A stretch of DNA of 64,000 bases from Amphiscolops sp. MND2022 (GCA_964187785.1 OZ076409.1:87980001-88044000); one strand, 5' to 3'; positions 25,001 through 40,000 are shown, counted from the stretch's first letter. Notes: generated by a model from the letters alone, not told the origin. Program-made: numbers and translations.

Positions 25001-28000
25001 CTCCTTTCAAATGGAGGTGTAGATATCTATGGCGATCTGCATTTGCTATTCCTGCGACATGCATACAACTCTCGAGTTGTCTAATAAATTCTTCCAAATT
25101 TTCTTTTTCGGTGCCTTTGAAAGGCTGTAAATTAACAAAGGGCTGAATAGCGGCCATAGTGAGAAACTACAGTAGGCAATTGTGAGTGTTATAGGAGGTT
25201 ATTGTTCAAATTATTTCAAGCAGCGTTGAGTGTTTTCAAGTATGTGAAGAGTAGTGTGAAGAGTTTTTACAATATCAGCATTATCGCGTGTTTCAAGTGA
25301 AGTGGTCGTTGAGAGGATTAAATCGATTGAGTTTTTCTATCGTGTTCTTTTTAATTGAAACGATTTACTGAGTTGAAGGTTGAACGAGGAAAGGAGATGA
25401 CTCCTGTCACCATGTGATGACAGTGCCCGAGCGGTGAGGCAGCTAACATTATTTTAGTGATTTCTGCATTTGTTTCTTGAAGAGATTTTGTATCTTGGAA
25501 TTGAGAGATCTACTCCTTTCGCTCTTAATAGATTCTAATAAGAGAAGAAGATTGATTATGAAACGTGAATTTAGTTATCAAATCAGATGACATTCTAAGA
25601 GCATGAGATAACGTAGTTATGCTTCAGAAGCGTTTCAATCAAGTGAATTCTGTTCTGTCTCTTATCTTGAGTGTCTATCGTTTCTTCTTGTGGCACTTCG
25701 ATCCCATTGGTCCGCGTCTGTGATTGGCTGTTGGGGCTTGACTTCGAATTTTTGTAGTGTATATTTTCAGGACTATGATATCTCATGACCATAGTCATGA
25801 CATAGCGATTTTGAAATTAGAGGTCTAGCGGTTAGTGAAAAAAACAGTGATGTCAAAACTTTGATTGGAACTAACTTTGAGGGCGACCATGGTGTATTTA
25901 GACAGAGCGAAGTTGTCTATTCGGTCTGGGAGTCGGAAGTTATGTTTTTTGGAAGCGACGCGATGATGATCCAGTCTATCCAGTCTGCTTTCGTCCAGGG
26001 GAGACCACGATGTACCTAGAATCAAATGATAACATTCATGAAAATAATTCGAAAATTTATCCTATTTAAAGTTCTATTCACGAGTGCAAGTAACTATTTT
26101 ATGTGCGTTCATTTCTCCCCACGTTCATTTCACCCCATGTTTAACTATTTGACGCTTGATTAAAATATCTGATTTCTAAGGACCATGATGAAAAAGATAC
26201 TTAATTTCCCAAGACTCCTAAGAGGATCCCACAATTTGAAATCCTTCTTCTTTTGTTCAAATACTGCCTTTAATGAAGCAATTTTATCAACAATTTCCAA
26301 TGAAAACGTGTGGGGGAGTTTTTTTCTGTTTTTCTCTCTGATATCAATATTGATCTGTCGATTTTGGCACAATACAAAAGTTTGAGTCAATGAATTGATA
26401 AAGTTTGGGAAATTATGAACTTTCAATGCTTCAGACGTTATGCATTGATAAAATTTGATGATTATCCATGATGTTTTAAAAAACGAATTGGACGCCGTAC
26501 CAATCTGTATAATTTCCTCCAAAGAATTGGGCACAGTGTACACAATCGGTTTTTTCACGTGCACATTGTGAGAGGAATGGGCCTCCTCGTTCATTAGGTA
26601 GATTGAAGCATCCAGAGCCCTGATGGCAGGGTTTTGACATCGCTATTTTTTCGCTAATCGCTAAACCGCTAATTTCAAAATACCTATTTCGCTGAAAAGC
26701 TTTTTCCTGCAAACTATTAAACGTTTGACTCCAAGATGTTTTAAAGTTGAATGATAACTTAATTAAGTATTTTTTAGTCGGCGCTTTATCCTTTTAAAGA
26801 AAAATACCCGACTATAGCAGTGACCTTTTTTTAGTCGGCGCGTTTTCCTTTTAAGGAAAAATGCCCGACTATAGCAGTGACCTTTTTTTTCTTTTTTTCT
26901 TCAGACTACAATCCTCACACTGATCGGTCCACTTTTTACAATTCTCAATTCTGCGCAGAGCACCTGAGGCCAAGTCCGCCCAAGGCAAACTTTACTCCAA
27001 AGGGTCCCCCTTTCATTTTTTACTTTTTCAAGGAAACATACAAAACCGGACGTGCCCAAAGGGTCCCCCCTTTGGATTTTTTTCGGAACTGTGCGACTTT
27101 TTTTCGAATTTTTTTTTTGGAAATTTTTTTTTCGAAAACAAAACGGAATGTTTGTTAATAAATCCAGAAGGGTCCCCCCTTTTACATTTTTCGGCACTAT
27201 GCGACTTCTTTTGAAAGAAAATTTTTTTCAAAAATTTCAATTTTTTTCCAAAAAAAGTGTTTTACGCTTTTTGAGCCTTAGATATGGCGCCGACTTTAGA
27301 CGTTCTCGTCTTGTTTCTTCTTCAGACTACAATCCTCACACTGATCGGTCCACTTTCAAAGTTTTAGAAACGATCCTGAAACCACCTAAGTCCGGTCAAG
27401 GCAAACTTAGTCCAAAGGTTCCCCCTTTCATTTTTTACTTTTTCAAGGTAACCTACAAAACCGGACGGGACTAAAAGAGACCCCCCTTTCGATTTTTGAT
27501 TTTTTTCGGCACTGTGCGACTTTTTTTCGAACATTTTTTAATGTCCCCAAAGGGTCCCCTTTTTGAGTATTTTGTTATTTTGCAACAGAATGTATGTTTA
27601 TAAATCAAAAAGGGTCCCCCTTTTACATTTTTCGGCACTATGCTACATTTTTCGAAGGAAAAAATCAAAAATTTCTCATGCGCGGCCGCTTAATCGGTGA
27701 TTAACAGTGTCAAAACTCTGCCTGATGGCTTCCTGCTGCGACTTGACCCGATGTCTGCTCCTCAGCGTGAGAAACTCCTGTTGAGTCTGCTTCCTCCTCT
27801 GGTGCGCCTGAAGACGCGTCACTGCCCACTTGTACCGCAGGAACTTTTGTCTGAAACCAACTACAGGTGCACCGGACAGGAAAATTTGAGCCGGATACCG
27901 GCCAGACCGGACATTATTCTCAACTGTAAGCGATGGAAGACTGTTTTCAGAACTGGGCAAAGATTATGACGAAAAGCAAAGTAAACGTTTGCTCAAAAAT

Positions 28001-31000
28001 GTGGGACAATCTCATTTACTTTTTCAACATCAAAATGCAGGAAACGTTCGACTGTGTTGAGAAATGAATGTTCAAAAGGGGCAATAAATGCATGAGTGTC
28101 GAATTCCCAGTTTTAATCAGAGATATACGATCATTTGCTTAGATTTGTCCGACCGGGTTTCGTCAAAAGTCCGACCGGATACCGGAAAAATTTTCAGTTG
28201 AAGCATGGTATTTAAAACTACAATGGGAGTTGAGGGGGATGGAGGTTTGTCTCACCTTTGAGGAACGTAAACGAACCTGAAATTGTCACGTGACAATCAA
28301 TCATGAAGAAATATTAGATTACTTTTTTGTCGTTATTAGAATTTATATCTACCGTATCTACATTTTACAAAAACAAATTAAACCCTATTTGACCGGGGCA
28401 TTTTTACAAATTTTTGAGAAATGTGGTTTAAAATTTTCAATTGTTAATATGTTCACAACTACATATCAGAGAAATTAAGCGATGCGCGTTCAAAATGCCC
28501 GATACTATGCCTCCATTTTGGTTTCAAGAGCCTCTGCCGCAGCGGGTCCAATTCTTTAGAATTTTAGTTTTTTCCTGCTCCTTTCGTTCTAGAATTTTAG
28601 ATGTGCAACAACAGCCTATTATGTGGTTTTATAATAAGTAATAAACTCACAATACAGGGTGGGTTGCTGTTTTATATGGGTCAAGGACTTTTGAGAAAAT
28701 TTGAATTTTCCTAGAAAGAAATTTTGCTAGAGTGTAAACTTTTTGGCAACAAAGTCCCACTTTCTCGGGAGTTCTGGAGAAATATACCTATTTTTCGCAA
28801 GAGAAACCTAAATTTCTCAACGCCAGATTCAGAATTTGAAAAAAAAAGTAGGATGCTTGAAAGCGTCGCCAGGTTAATTGGAATTAATTAATAAATTTGG
28901 ACATCCCATGACTTTCAAAGTATACAATGACCCATCAACACAAAACGAAACGCTTTAAAAAAGGCATAACTCCAATTTATGACAATCAGAACCGTCTCAA
29001 AATCTTTGAAGAACTTACTTGGCTATATACCGCCTCAGATACTTTTGTATAACTACAGCAGCCTTCCGTTTCCTGAGGAATCTTCTGCGTAGCAAAATTC
29101 CTCTGGCCCACGATTGAATTCGGGTTGCGGCGTTCCAAATTAGGTTACTTCTCTCTGTTTCCAGATGGCGCTCCAAATTCTCTCGCATGAACACCTATTG
29201 AAAGAAATCATTTGGAAAGACGAGGGTTATTTGATATATCTGCAACTTCGAAAAAAAATTAAAGGACATCTATGGTTTCTGCATGATATCTTGGCATAAA
29301 ATCTCACATTTATTGAAATTTTCAGCCTTGAATGTTTCATTTTTAAGTACATTTCCTAAAAGAATGCTCACTTTTGAATATTGCAAAAATGCAAACCAAA
29401 TAAGTTTCACTGAAACTGTCCAAAACTGAGACTATAAACTATGTTACTCGAATGAAAGAAAAAACTCTCGACACTTGAAATAGACCAAACGCTGACAGTG
29501 AAACTAAACGATATTTTGCATTCACTTCTTCGAAAGCTCCCACCGAACGATTAATTATTTGAGTCAACAAGCGATAGCTAATTGCCAAATCAATTCATCT
29601 CGCCTATCTGAAATTAGGTATTGAAAAACAACCAAAAACTTGTTTTCAGATACAAAAAAGATCGCTTGAGCGGGAAAAAAATCTATTCTTCCTGTTTTAA
29701 TAAACTCCCAGCTTAGGCAAAAATATTGAAAACACAACGAGTTGAAACAGATTGTTTGAAACTCATCAGACAAACTTCAAGTAGGAAGTGAGAAGTAAAC
29801 AAATACTTTGCAAAAAAGGATAGAAAACTAACCATTAGTAAATGCAAATTTCGAACAAATAAAAAAAACTTGATCAATGTCAAAACAGGTCTCAAAACGT
29901 AACTTCTCAAATGTTAGAAACATGCATACTAAGGTTTTTTTGGACAGTGCCGAGCTGAAAAGAAAAAAACAGCCAGCAATATGAGAAATCTGGAGCGGCA
30001 GGAATCAATGTTAATCAGTGTTTTTAAATCGATAAATCTTTTGGTAATCCAAAACCAAAATTCAAAAATTCAAGTGTGGTTCAAGATGAAAGATAACAGA
30101 GGGTTGGTGGAGCAGATTGTAATTAACATGGGTAAAACTATTTATATCATGATTGAATAAAAAATCAGCTCAAAATAGGGTAGTTTTTTACATGGATGTA
30201 GTTATTTAATCTACGAATCCACAGTGTCTGACCTTCGTTCCGAGCACTGTACAATCAAATCGCGTTTCAATCACTTTCGACTTCGCTCATTCGAAGACCA
30301 AAAATCAATTCGATATTGGAAAACAACAAAAACTTGTTTCCTGATTAAACTGAATTTTTTAAATCAGTTTTCTGGATGCTAACTTTATATCAATTTATTC
30401 TTGATTATAATCATTTTATTTGGATCTCGAACATACCGTGTCAATTACAATCTATGTTCCTAAGATAAACAGACGAGTTTGAACACCATCAGGTTATGAG
30501 CGAAATAAAAAGTAAAACATCATCTGGTCCCGATGGTGTAAGCTCTTTGCTCTTGAACGTAAGTTCAAATGTGTGATTGGACCCTTGACCTTTCTCACAA
30601 ATCGTTGTCTACACCATGATTGCTTCCCTGGTCTTAAAGTAGCTAGGATGGTTCCCATCTAAAAGCAGGACGATAACGATTTCTCGAATTCAGTTGTATT
30701 TCTCTGCTATCTGTCTTCGATGAAGTAATGGAGCGCATAATTTACGCGAGAATGATCAAATTCATTTACAAATTCAAAATGCTCTATGATAGTAATATCG
30801 GTTTTCGTAAGAAACGCAGAACTCTTGACGCTCTGGCTTGTGTAGTCGAAAAAGTGAGACACGCAAGTTTTGAAAAATTCCTCAGTATCAAGTTTTTTTG
30901 ATTTGAAAGAAGCCTTCGACACTCTTGACCATGAGATTCTATTTGATACGGTTTAAGGGATACAGTTTGCTCCCTCATATCATCCTTATATCTTATGAAG

Positions 31001-34000
31001 AGCTATCTCTAACAGAATCGCTATCAATTTCTTTAAGTGGAGAACCATCATCTTCTTTACGATCGGTATCTTGTGGATTTCTGCAAGGGTCAGTTCTTAG
31101 ACATTGTTGTTTCTCCTTCACATCAATGACCTACATGATGTCGCAAACGTTGACATGACATTATTTGCAGACACAAAAATGTTTGACCCAATGGTAAACA
31201 GCCACCAAGATACACTGACTGAAACCTTCTCAAAAGTCGACAAATGTTGAAAGCTAAGAAGCTGAAATGCGGCTTGGACAAATCTAAAGCCATATTTTTC
31301 AACAAAGACTCAGAGTCTGATTTGCACTTGGATTCACTGGCGACTGAAATCAAGCAGTTTGAAGTATTTAGGGGTTATTATTGACGTTTCTCTCTGCTTC
31401 AAACATAATGTAGCTAAATCAAACAGAATTGAATTTTTGTCAATGCACTGTGAAATGATCTCGCGGTCGTATTACCGTTACTGATATACTACAAACTACA
31501 TGTGAATCCATTCGTCCAATATGGTAGTCTGATATACGGTAACACGTCTTTCTCCATTCAAAATTACATTACAAAAAATTGCGAACTGTTCTCTGGAAAA
31601 TTTGCAAATGTTGACTTTCTATTGATTGAAAATAAACTTCCAACCGTTCATGGAACCCATGTTCATGAACTCTTCAATTTTAAAGTGGCCTAACCATCAA
31701 CTGATAATCTTGTCGAAGTTCTCAACTACATCCTGAAATCAGTCCCCCAAAACAATCACAACTTGAGGAATAAGAAACCTGAGCTCGCAATCGAACCTGT
31801 CTCCTACATTGATAGGTATCGACGGTCGCTCTCAATACGTGTCCCTCAACTTCATACCCAAGTCAAGCATTGGTCTGATTTACCGAATATAGATGAACTC
31901 GGAAGCTTTTCCAAAGACGCGCTCAAAGGGTTGTGCCATAAGTGCCTCAAAAGCTTTTTCATCGGGAACACAGACAGTGTCAGATTTGCTTACGAACTCC
32001 AGTGAAGCTTGCCTTGGTAACGATAAATGTAATGCGGGCCTACCAATCAATGAACGCTGAAGAAGTCGTGTTCAAAGAGCCCTACCGTAGCCTCTTTTTT
32101 CCTGAGCTTCTGAGTGTAGAACCTTGATGAGCGTATGATAGTCTGATATCTAAGAGCTAAACATTTTTCATCACGATCCTTCATAATAGCTCAATTTACT
32201 TCTGGGCTACCTTTGTGCCCCAATTGATTGTGTTATCATCGTTCCCAACGTATATTTATTATAGGTTTCTCATTTTTTTGGTGAACATCCCTTTAAAATC
32301 CGATGTTTTCTCCCTGCATGGTCTTAATCAGACGGACCATGTCCTCTACGTAAGCCACTCTGCGGTTTACATGGCACATTTCATCGTGAGTAGACGACGG
32401 TTGGATCGGCATATTTCACCAAAATGCTGTATTAAGCCGTTCTGACTTCGGACTTTTTCACCTATTTTCGGCGGTTTTCTAGAAAAACCTCGGTGCTCTT
32501 GAGGTGGTAGGGAGTTGAATCAATTCAAATACTAGGGCTTAACATGCACGCTGCCAATGAAGCAAGTGTCGAGTACTGAAATTTATTTTCTGTTCTTTTT
32601 TTTGATACTTTCGTTGGTGAATTCCAATTTTTACCTTTGACTATAGGTTCTGTCAGTATGTTTAATCATGGGGTCTCATGTTTTCTAAATTTCGCTAAGG
32701 CTCACTTCTAACGGGTGGAAGCGTTTTGGGAGTCTTTTTTAGTGTTTTCATAGTTTGATTGGATATTTGTATGTAAATTATGTATCACCAGATAATTTCA
32801 ATTATTATGATCTTTATAGAAAATATTTTAGTCTGATTAAAAGCCAACCCTGGAGATAATAGAATTTAGTTTTAACAAGCCGGGAACGGCCCAAGTCGGC
32901 GCCATATCTAAGGCTCAAAAATAACAAAAGGACTTCAAAGTGTCAAGTATTCTCTTCTACAGTACCCGTTTGAGGAAAAATTGAAAAAAAATCCGATTTT
33001 TTTTGAAATTTTTAAAATTTTTTTGGTCTCCCGTAAGTCGCATAGTGCCGAAACATGTGAAATGGGGCCCTTTGGGAGTTTTTTAACATCCATTCTTTTG
33101 CAAAATAGACAAAAAATGAAGGGTGGACCCTTTGGAGATATTTGCGAAAAAAGTCTCACAAAGCCGAAAAAAATTGCGCAAAAAAATTTTGGTCATGGCG
33201 GGACTCGAACCCATGTCCTTCTGCTTGTCAGACCTCGAAAAAGCCGTAGTGGCCAAGTGGCAGTGAAGTAGTGTGACACGGTTTAGTGTTAGTGCCGGTT
33301 TAGTGTTAGTGCCAACTTATAAAATTTATAAAATCTGTCAGTTCGTTGGTCTTAAAAAAAAAGAAGTCACTACTATAGTCTGCGTTTTTTTTTCAAAAAG
33401 CGCCGACTAAAAATGAGAATTTTTTTATTACTCTTTGGATTGTACGGAAGTTAAAAGTTGAAACTTTTCGAATTACACGTAGAAAATCTTAGGATAATGT
33501 GAAGAAAATTTGAATTTTCGCATGTCTCGGCGTTTTATTGGATGGATAATCAATCAAATAGTGGAAAACTTCCACCGCGGCCGCTAATCATCTAAATCAC
33601 CGACAAGCAGTGCCCAAATTCAGATATCAAAACTTACTTTGCTGACACCTAGTTGATATTCAGACCAAAAGGAGTTGTGAAGTCCTTTGAGAAAGAGTTC
33701 ACACAATTCGCGGGCTTGAAGATTGCGGGCACCCGATGAACTCTTGAAGATGTGGTTCATGAGGCATCGGTAACGATTCACGAAAGTAATGAAGTACATT
33801 CTGATTGGATAGCCGAGTTTGCGAATTTTGATGGTCTCTAGAACTCCCAAATAGTTCAATTGGGCAGCTACTAGCTGGCGGTCAAACTCGGTCGAGTTCT
33901 GAAACACATGTAGAATCAACATGTTTAAAAATTTCATTATAGTTTTTCCTTCAAATATTATAAAAATTTCACAAATGTTCTATCTTCATTATTCAAGTGC

Positions 34001-37000
34001 TTTGTAAGCTCTAATAGAAAATTTGATAGACAGAATTGCATCGTCTTCTAGTTTTTGTTATTTTTGTGGCAAAATCATGTTCAGTTTAAACTTTATTACA
34101 ACATAAAACAAAATGAGCAGTGCCACCGGGTATCGTTTCTCCTATTTTTCGAGTTCGTTATTCTTCAAAGTTATCATTTTAAGACCCGAAAGAGAAAAGA
34201 GTCTGACTTTATTGTTGTTGGGCTTGATGCATCTGACGAAGTAGGGGTTGCAGTGACCGATAGCAGCTATTAGGTTGGAAAGAGATGCCTGGAACTTGGC
34301 AGCAACAGTGGGTGCCTTCCGTTTGCTTGAGGGGCCGCCTTTGGCACCAGTGGGTGGTACAAGGGAGTCTTTACCAGACTGCTGACCAGGGGTGACAGTG
34401 GAAAAATCGGCGCCACTTCTGCGACCTACAGTTCGGTCGAGCTCCACAGAGTGCATCTCCGTGAACAATTCGGCAACTAGCTATTAAAAAAACGAAATAA
34501 TGGAAAATGCTGAAACATTAGCTTCAAAACAATATTATTTTCTATATTCGTGGAACATTCCAGTATTTTGAATCAATATGTGTGATATTTTATTTCAACC
34601 TTGTATATCAATGAGTTTACTGGAAAATCAAAGAGAAAAACACCGCGAAAAGCGAAATATCTCGAAAATAATGCTTGGAGACCCGGATATAGCCAGACAA
34701 GCCGAGAACGGCCAAAGTCGGCGCTATACCTAAGGCTCAAAAAGTGCAAAATTTTCAAAATATGCTCATGACGTTTTTTTATGAAAAACTCACAAAAAAG
34801 TTTCACCCAAAGGAAGCCTCCGTGCTGGGAAAACGCTTCAGAAGTTCGGATATAGCAGCTGGGACAAATGCGAGCACTTGTTTTCGAACCTCCGCCTCCT
34901 CCTCAGTGAAACGGAACATACTTCGGAAATAACGTCAAAAATTCGGATAGCGCTTTACTCCGGATATTACGTTCAAATTTCGGATACTATTGAAAAAAAA
35001 ATATTGGTGGATATGTATTGAGAAAACCTAATGTCAGATGAAAAATGACAATTTTGAACAATCTCATAGTGCCGAAAAATCTGAAAGGAACCCTTTGGGA
35101 TTTTCAAACATCTATTATGTTCCAAAATATAAAAAAATTGAAGGTGGACCCTTTGGTACAATCAAAAAATTTTCGAAAAAAAGTCTCATAGTGCCGAAAA
35201 AAATCCAAGTTAGAAACACCCAGATAGCCAAAGTGGGGATCCTTAGTTGTTTTCAAGGTTCTGGACGTCGGTTTTATAATTTTGGAGGAGGTTCTAAGGT
35301 TTGCGGTATGTTTTGGTCAAACTGAACAAATGAACAAAAAAGTGGACCTTACGCGAGTAAAAAAAACTACCCACTGTAAGAGTCGGGCACATTTTCTACT
35401 AAAATGCGCCGACTAAAAAATAGAGGTCAAAAATGTCTCATCGGATGTCAACATCACGATGACAAAATATAATGAATACACAATAGAAACCAAGATAATT
35501 TCTAAATTTTGCTATCAGTAATCTCAGAATTGAACGAACTTTGATCACTTTTAAGATAATTTTTGATCACATAACTCCAAAAATTTGAAATATTATATAA
35601 AACACGCTGTTGTGATCGCTAAAACAGAAGCGATCATAAAAAAAAATTAAAATGTACAGGTATAAATTGGTTCATAGAATCAGTAGGCAAAACTTGCCCC
35701 GAATGTATTTTTTGAGAAAACGTATTCATTTAGAAATGATAATTGTAGAATATCTACACACTAACGGGATGACTGCTATTGACCAGAAGAGACAGAGTTT
35801 CGAAGCGTAGTCGGTCTCGGTTCTTCTCCAGCCACCCATCGCACGAGTAGTTGACCTCCCCTGCATAGTGCTTCACACAGAACTGCAGACTTCGCAGCCG
35901 ATCCACTCTGAAAGCTGGATGCTCCGACTGCACTTGACACAGTCGCTCCACGAAGAGATGGTCTGTTGCCTAATGAAAACTTTTAAATATAGGGGCGCGA
36001 AGTTTTGTTAGTAAATAACGTCCAAAGGCAATCCAACGTCACATACCGTAAACGTCACATTTTACTGTTATACCGTCACATAAATAACGTCCAACGTCAC
36101 ATACCTCTAGTGTCCTAAATGCAGGAGCGAAGCGAAGCGACATGACATTACCGGTATTGCAGCTGGTGTTGACGAATGCCGACTTGAAGAGGCGCGAAGC
36201 GCCTCGGAAGAAGCAAAGACAGAGTCATATAACCAAAATTTTCTTCCAGATGATTTTACTTTTCAGATTGATTCCTTAGAAGACCTAATTTTCGGACTTT
36301 AATTCCAATAAATAGTCTTGGACGTTATTTCCAAATTACTTTGGATGTTATTCCTTTGGAAGTTGTTTCCTCCAACCTAAAATTCAAAGCTTAAAATAGA
36401 GATTGAGCATGACATGGCTTTAGACGTTATTCCAGTTTTGCATTCAGAAGTTATTCCTGCTCGCCATTCAGATATGTTATCAGATTATAATCTGCATCCA
36501 GATTCAGCCAAAATATTGCTGGAAACTCTCGTCTACTTAGAACAAAAATGTAAAGCTGGAGATTAAATAGTAATTAACTGACATTTAATTTCGATTTTTT
36601 ACTTTTCACAAAGATTTTTGCTTCAATTTCTCAAGCGCCTAATCACACAACGAATATTGGAATTCATCTACAGCTGTTTGTAACTTCCCTTTCAAAAATG
36701 GCGAACATGGGGATGGAAAATTAATTTGCAAACCTGAGGAAAATTGCTTTGGTCGTCAAGAATGTGTAAGATGCCGGAATGCTTCTTGTTCAAAAGTTCA
36801 ATGCATTCAAGATTGTCAGAATAGGTCATTGGCTTCCACTGGATTCGTTCTCTTTGGTACTCCGTCTGAATAACAAACTCATTGATACGTTCAACTATTG
36901 AGTGACGATTGGTATAGAGGTATAGATTGGTATTTAAGCTATTTTGATAGAGAATGGCCATGGCTCGCAACCATGACAATCAAAGTCTACCTTTGATTGC

Positions 37001-40000
37001 AAACTGACTTGAGAGTTTTGGTGCTCTTTTGGAAACATTTTCATAGATAATTTTCATCAAAATATTTTCACTATTATTCAAATTTCAAATAACAAAAATG
37101 GCAATTTTTCAAAAGTCACTTTTTGAACAATTCATTACAAAGGGTTGAGTGGTGTTTTTTAGTCGGCGCGTTCTTCTTTAAGGAAAAAAGTCCGACTATT
37201 ACAGTGACTAGTTTTTTTCGTCAGACAACAGAATGTACGCGTAGTTGACACTTTTTTACATAACTACTAAACTACTGAACCGGCAACCGGAAATGCATCT
37301 AAGTTAGTGCAAAGGGTCCCCTCTTTCATTTACTCCATTTTTAACGTAAGATACAGAACCGGACGAAACTATAGGGTGCCCTTCAATTTTTTTAGGCACT
37401 GTGCGACTTTTCTTGATTTTTTTGTCTCCAGAGGGTCCTCCTTTCAAGTTTCTTGATATTTTACAGCAAACTGAAGTTTCAAAAAGCCCAAAGGGTCCCC
37501 CCTTTTACATTTTTTTTTGAAAAAAAGCTTTTTGAGCCTTAGATATAGCACCGACTTTAGACGTTCCCGTCTTGTTTCATTTGAAGTGACGCAACGAACC
37601 TGTTCAGTTTTGAAAATGCTCTTTATGAACAACTGCTGCAGGGATTCGTTGGCGAAGTTGATGCATAACTGCTCGAAGCTGTTTTTGGGGAAAACTTCGA
37701 AGCCAAAGATGTCAAGAAGGTTGACGGAAGTGGCCTTGACTGCCTTGCCCATCAACTTGTTCACCCTCTGCACCAGCCAAGAGAACAGCTGGGCATAGAG
37801 GGCCTTCGATATACTGTCACGTGCCTCCACGGCTTCTTCCACAGTCAAAGGAGAGAATATCTTCTCATCTCGTGTTTCCTGAACAAATTGCACAACAATT
37901 AACCAGAGGTGCAACGTACAGGAAAATTTCCGTCCGGCCGGACAACCGGACAGGACGGATTGAAGTCAAGTACCGACCGGACCGGACAGGACATTATCAG
38001 ATTATAAGTGTTGACAGACTGTATTCAGAATTGGACAAGGAGTATGACAAAAAGCAAAGTGAACGTTTACTCAAAAATAGTGAAAAAAAAATCCATTTTT
38101 TTCTTCAAAATCAAAATGCCAGAAATTTTTTTACTGTTGTCGAGAAATGGTTTAACCCTAAATGGACCATGGTATGATTTCGTACCAGTTAAAATCTGCA
38201 AACTTCTAAACGCACCAGCTGACCGTATGGTGAAAAAAACTCTTGATTAAGATTTTCAGACGATTTTACACAGCATTGCACGCCATTTCACGGAATATTG
38301 ACATGATGTCTCCGAAATCATGAAAATGGGACCAAAAAAGCAGAAAAAAAGTGAGCGCAGATTTTCCGTTTTTCCAGTTTTCGTTTCTGGCCCTTTTATC
38401 CCACTGGTATCAAGATTGGGTCAAAGTGACCCTAGCGTGTGTTGAATCATGCTGAAATGCAATCAGATACACGAGGCGATCAAAGTTTTGGCGCAAAGTC
38501 TGGGGCCAGTGCGGCGAAGCACTAGCGGGCCCCCTAGCCCAGCAGTTCAAAAATCAAATTGAACCTCTGATTGTCTTCTTTCGAACGCGCCATGAATCGT
38601 TTGTCGGACTTGAATAGTTTAGATATTGCGGTTTAAAATTTAAACACCAGATTTTTGGATGGATCCGGAAATGTCCTGGTCCATTTGGGGTTAAAAGTAA
38701 TATTCATCTGAGATAAGCGATTATTTGCTCAGATTTTATCCGGCCGGATCCCGGACCGGACTTGATGTCGGGGAAACCTGTACAATTAACTATTAGTATA
38801 AACTATTTTGTGGGAAACTAATGATACAAACTTTTGTAACGATAATACAAACTATTTTTACAGGAGAGCCACCATTTATTATTTTCCGCCCCCGCAATTC
38901 ATTGTGTAGTGGGAAGAATAAGCACCATGTGTGGCGTTTTTTTAAACAAATTGTTCAAAATCTCCACTGTAATACTCCATTTATTATGTGGATACTTTAG
39001 TCACCGTCGTCTGGCAGACAGGACCGTTGGTTCGAAACCGGGCTGGAGCCTGGAATTTTTGTGGCGGATAATATCTCAGTGCTCAGCGAGCGTCTTGTTG
39101 AATCCATAAAATGTGATTAACACGTAATTAAGATGAGACGCAATCAACACTTTTTATAAGAACATTAGGTAACGATAAATGAAGGAAACAGTTCTAGGAG
39201 AAATCGGCGTTTCTAAGGAAGCGTTTTATGAGGCTCAATAAACTGATGACAGATAGGTCCAAAATGAAAAATTCGGCATTTTGTGTACACTTTAACCCCC
39301 TTTCCCTAGAAATAGGCCCCTGCGGGGCACAGTATTATTTCTGCTATTATCTTTTTCAACAATAGAAGCATACTGGTATCTTAATCATTTATATAGCGCA
39401 CAATTAATCACTCTACCAGTTTACACCGCCTTTAATTCTTCTCGGACTAATGAAAATATAACTACTAAGCGTAGACGAAGTTTCGCATTCACATTTGAAT
39501 GCAGGCGAAGCTCTTGGCGAATGAATAATTAACACTCGTTCGCTTCATCTTAACTCAGCGTACGAAAGCATAACTACGAACATTCTCTCGCTTCATCTCA
39601 ATGAATTCGGCGTACGAATGCATAATTACCACTCGCTCGTTCCAACGCACAACAAACGAATTGTTGTCGCCAGCTTGAGAAATTTGAATCTCACACTTAT
39701 ACTCACTGCTGAACAAAATATCTGAATTTTTCAGTATCACGACAAAAATTTTACTGAAAAAAAGTTGAAATCTTGAGATTCCAATAATATTCCTGCTATC
39801 GCAGAAATAATAAAAAAATATCGCATATTTCTTGAATCAAAATGTGTTCACTAACTGTGACACGAAAGGTGATGTCTTCAAGAAGACTTGCAGAGTTGAC
39901 TCGCAACAGAGAAGCGACAACTTCTACGCACTGAATTTCCTTCACCGAAATTCCATCATCATTGGGCGACTCCATGAAAGCCACGTTGCCAAGATGCAAG

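Larger units (their letters stand above)
12175..25802 (-). mobile_element. Full-length env-bearing Ty3/gypsy LTR retrotransposon (errantivirus-like), 13.6 kb
   Basis: Two 390-bp direct LTRs with TG...CA ends; 5-bp TSD TAGCG (12170-12174 and 25803-25807); gag, PR-RT-RH-IN order and env. Confidence 0.97.
11775..25863 (+). mobile_element. hAT-like MITE (CAGAGTTTTGACA family) split by the gypsy insertion
   Basis: 8-bp TSD ATTGGAAC at 11767-11774 and 25864-25871; halves 11775-12174 and 25803-25863 match copies at 11000-11360 and 43244-43601. Confidence 0.85.

Noticed and set aside
28441..28641. Additional myosin exon
   Set aside because: Flanking exons already join in phase through the IQ motifs; no good splice sites.
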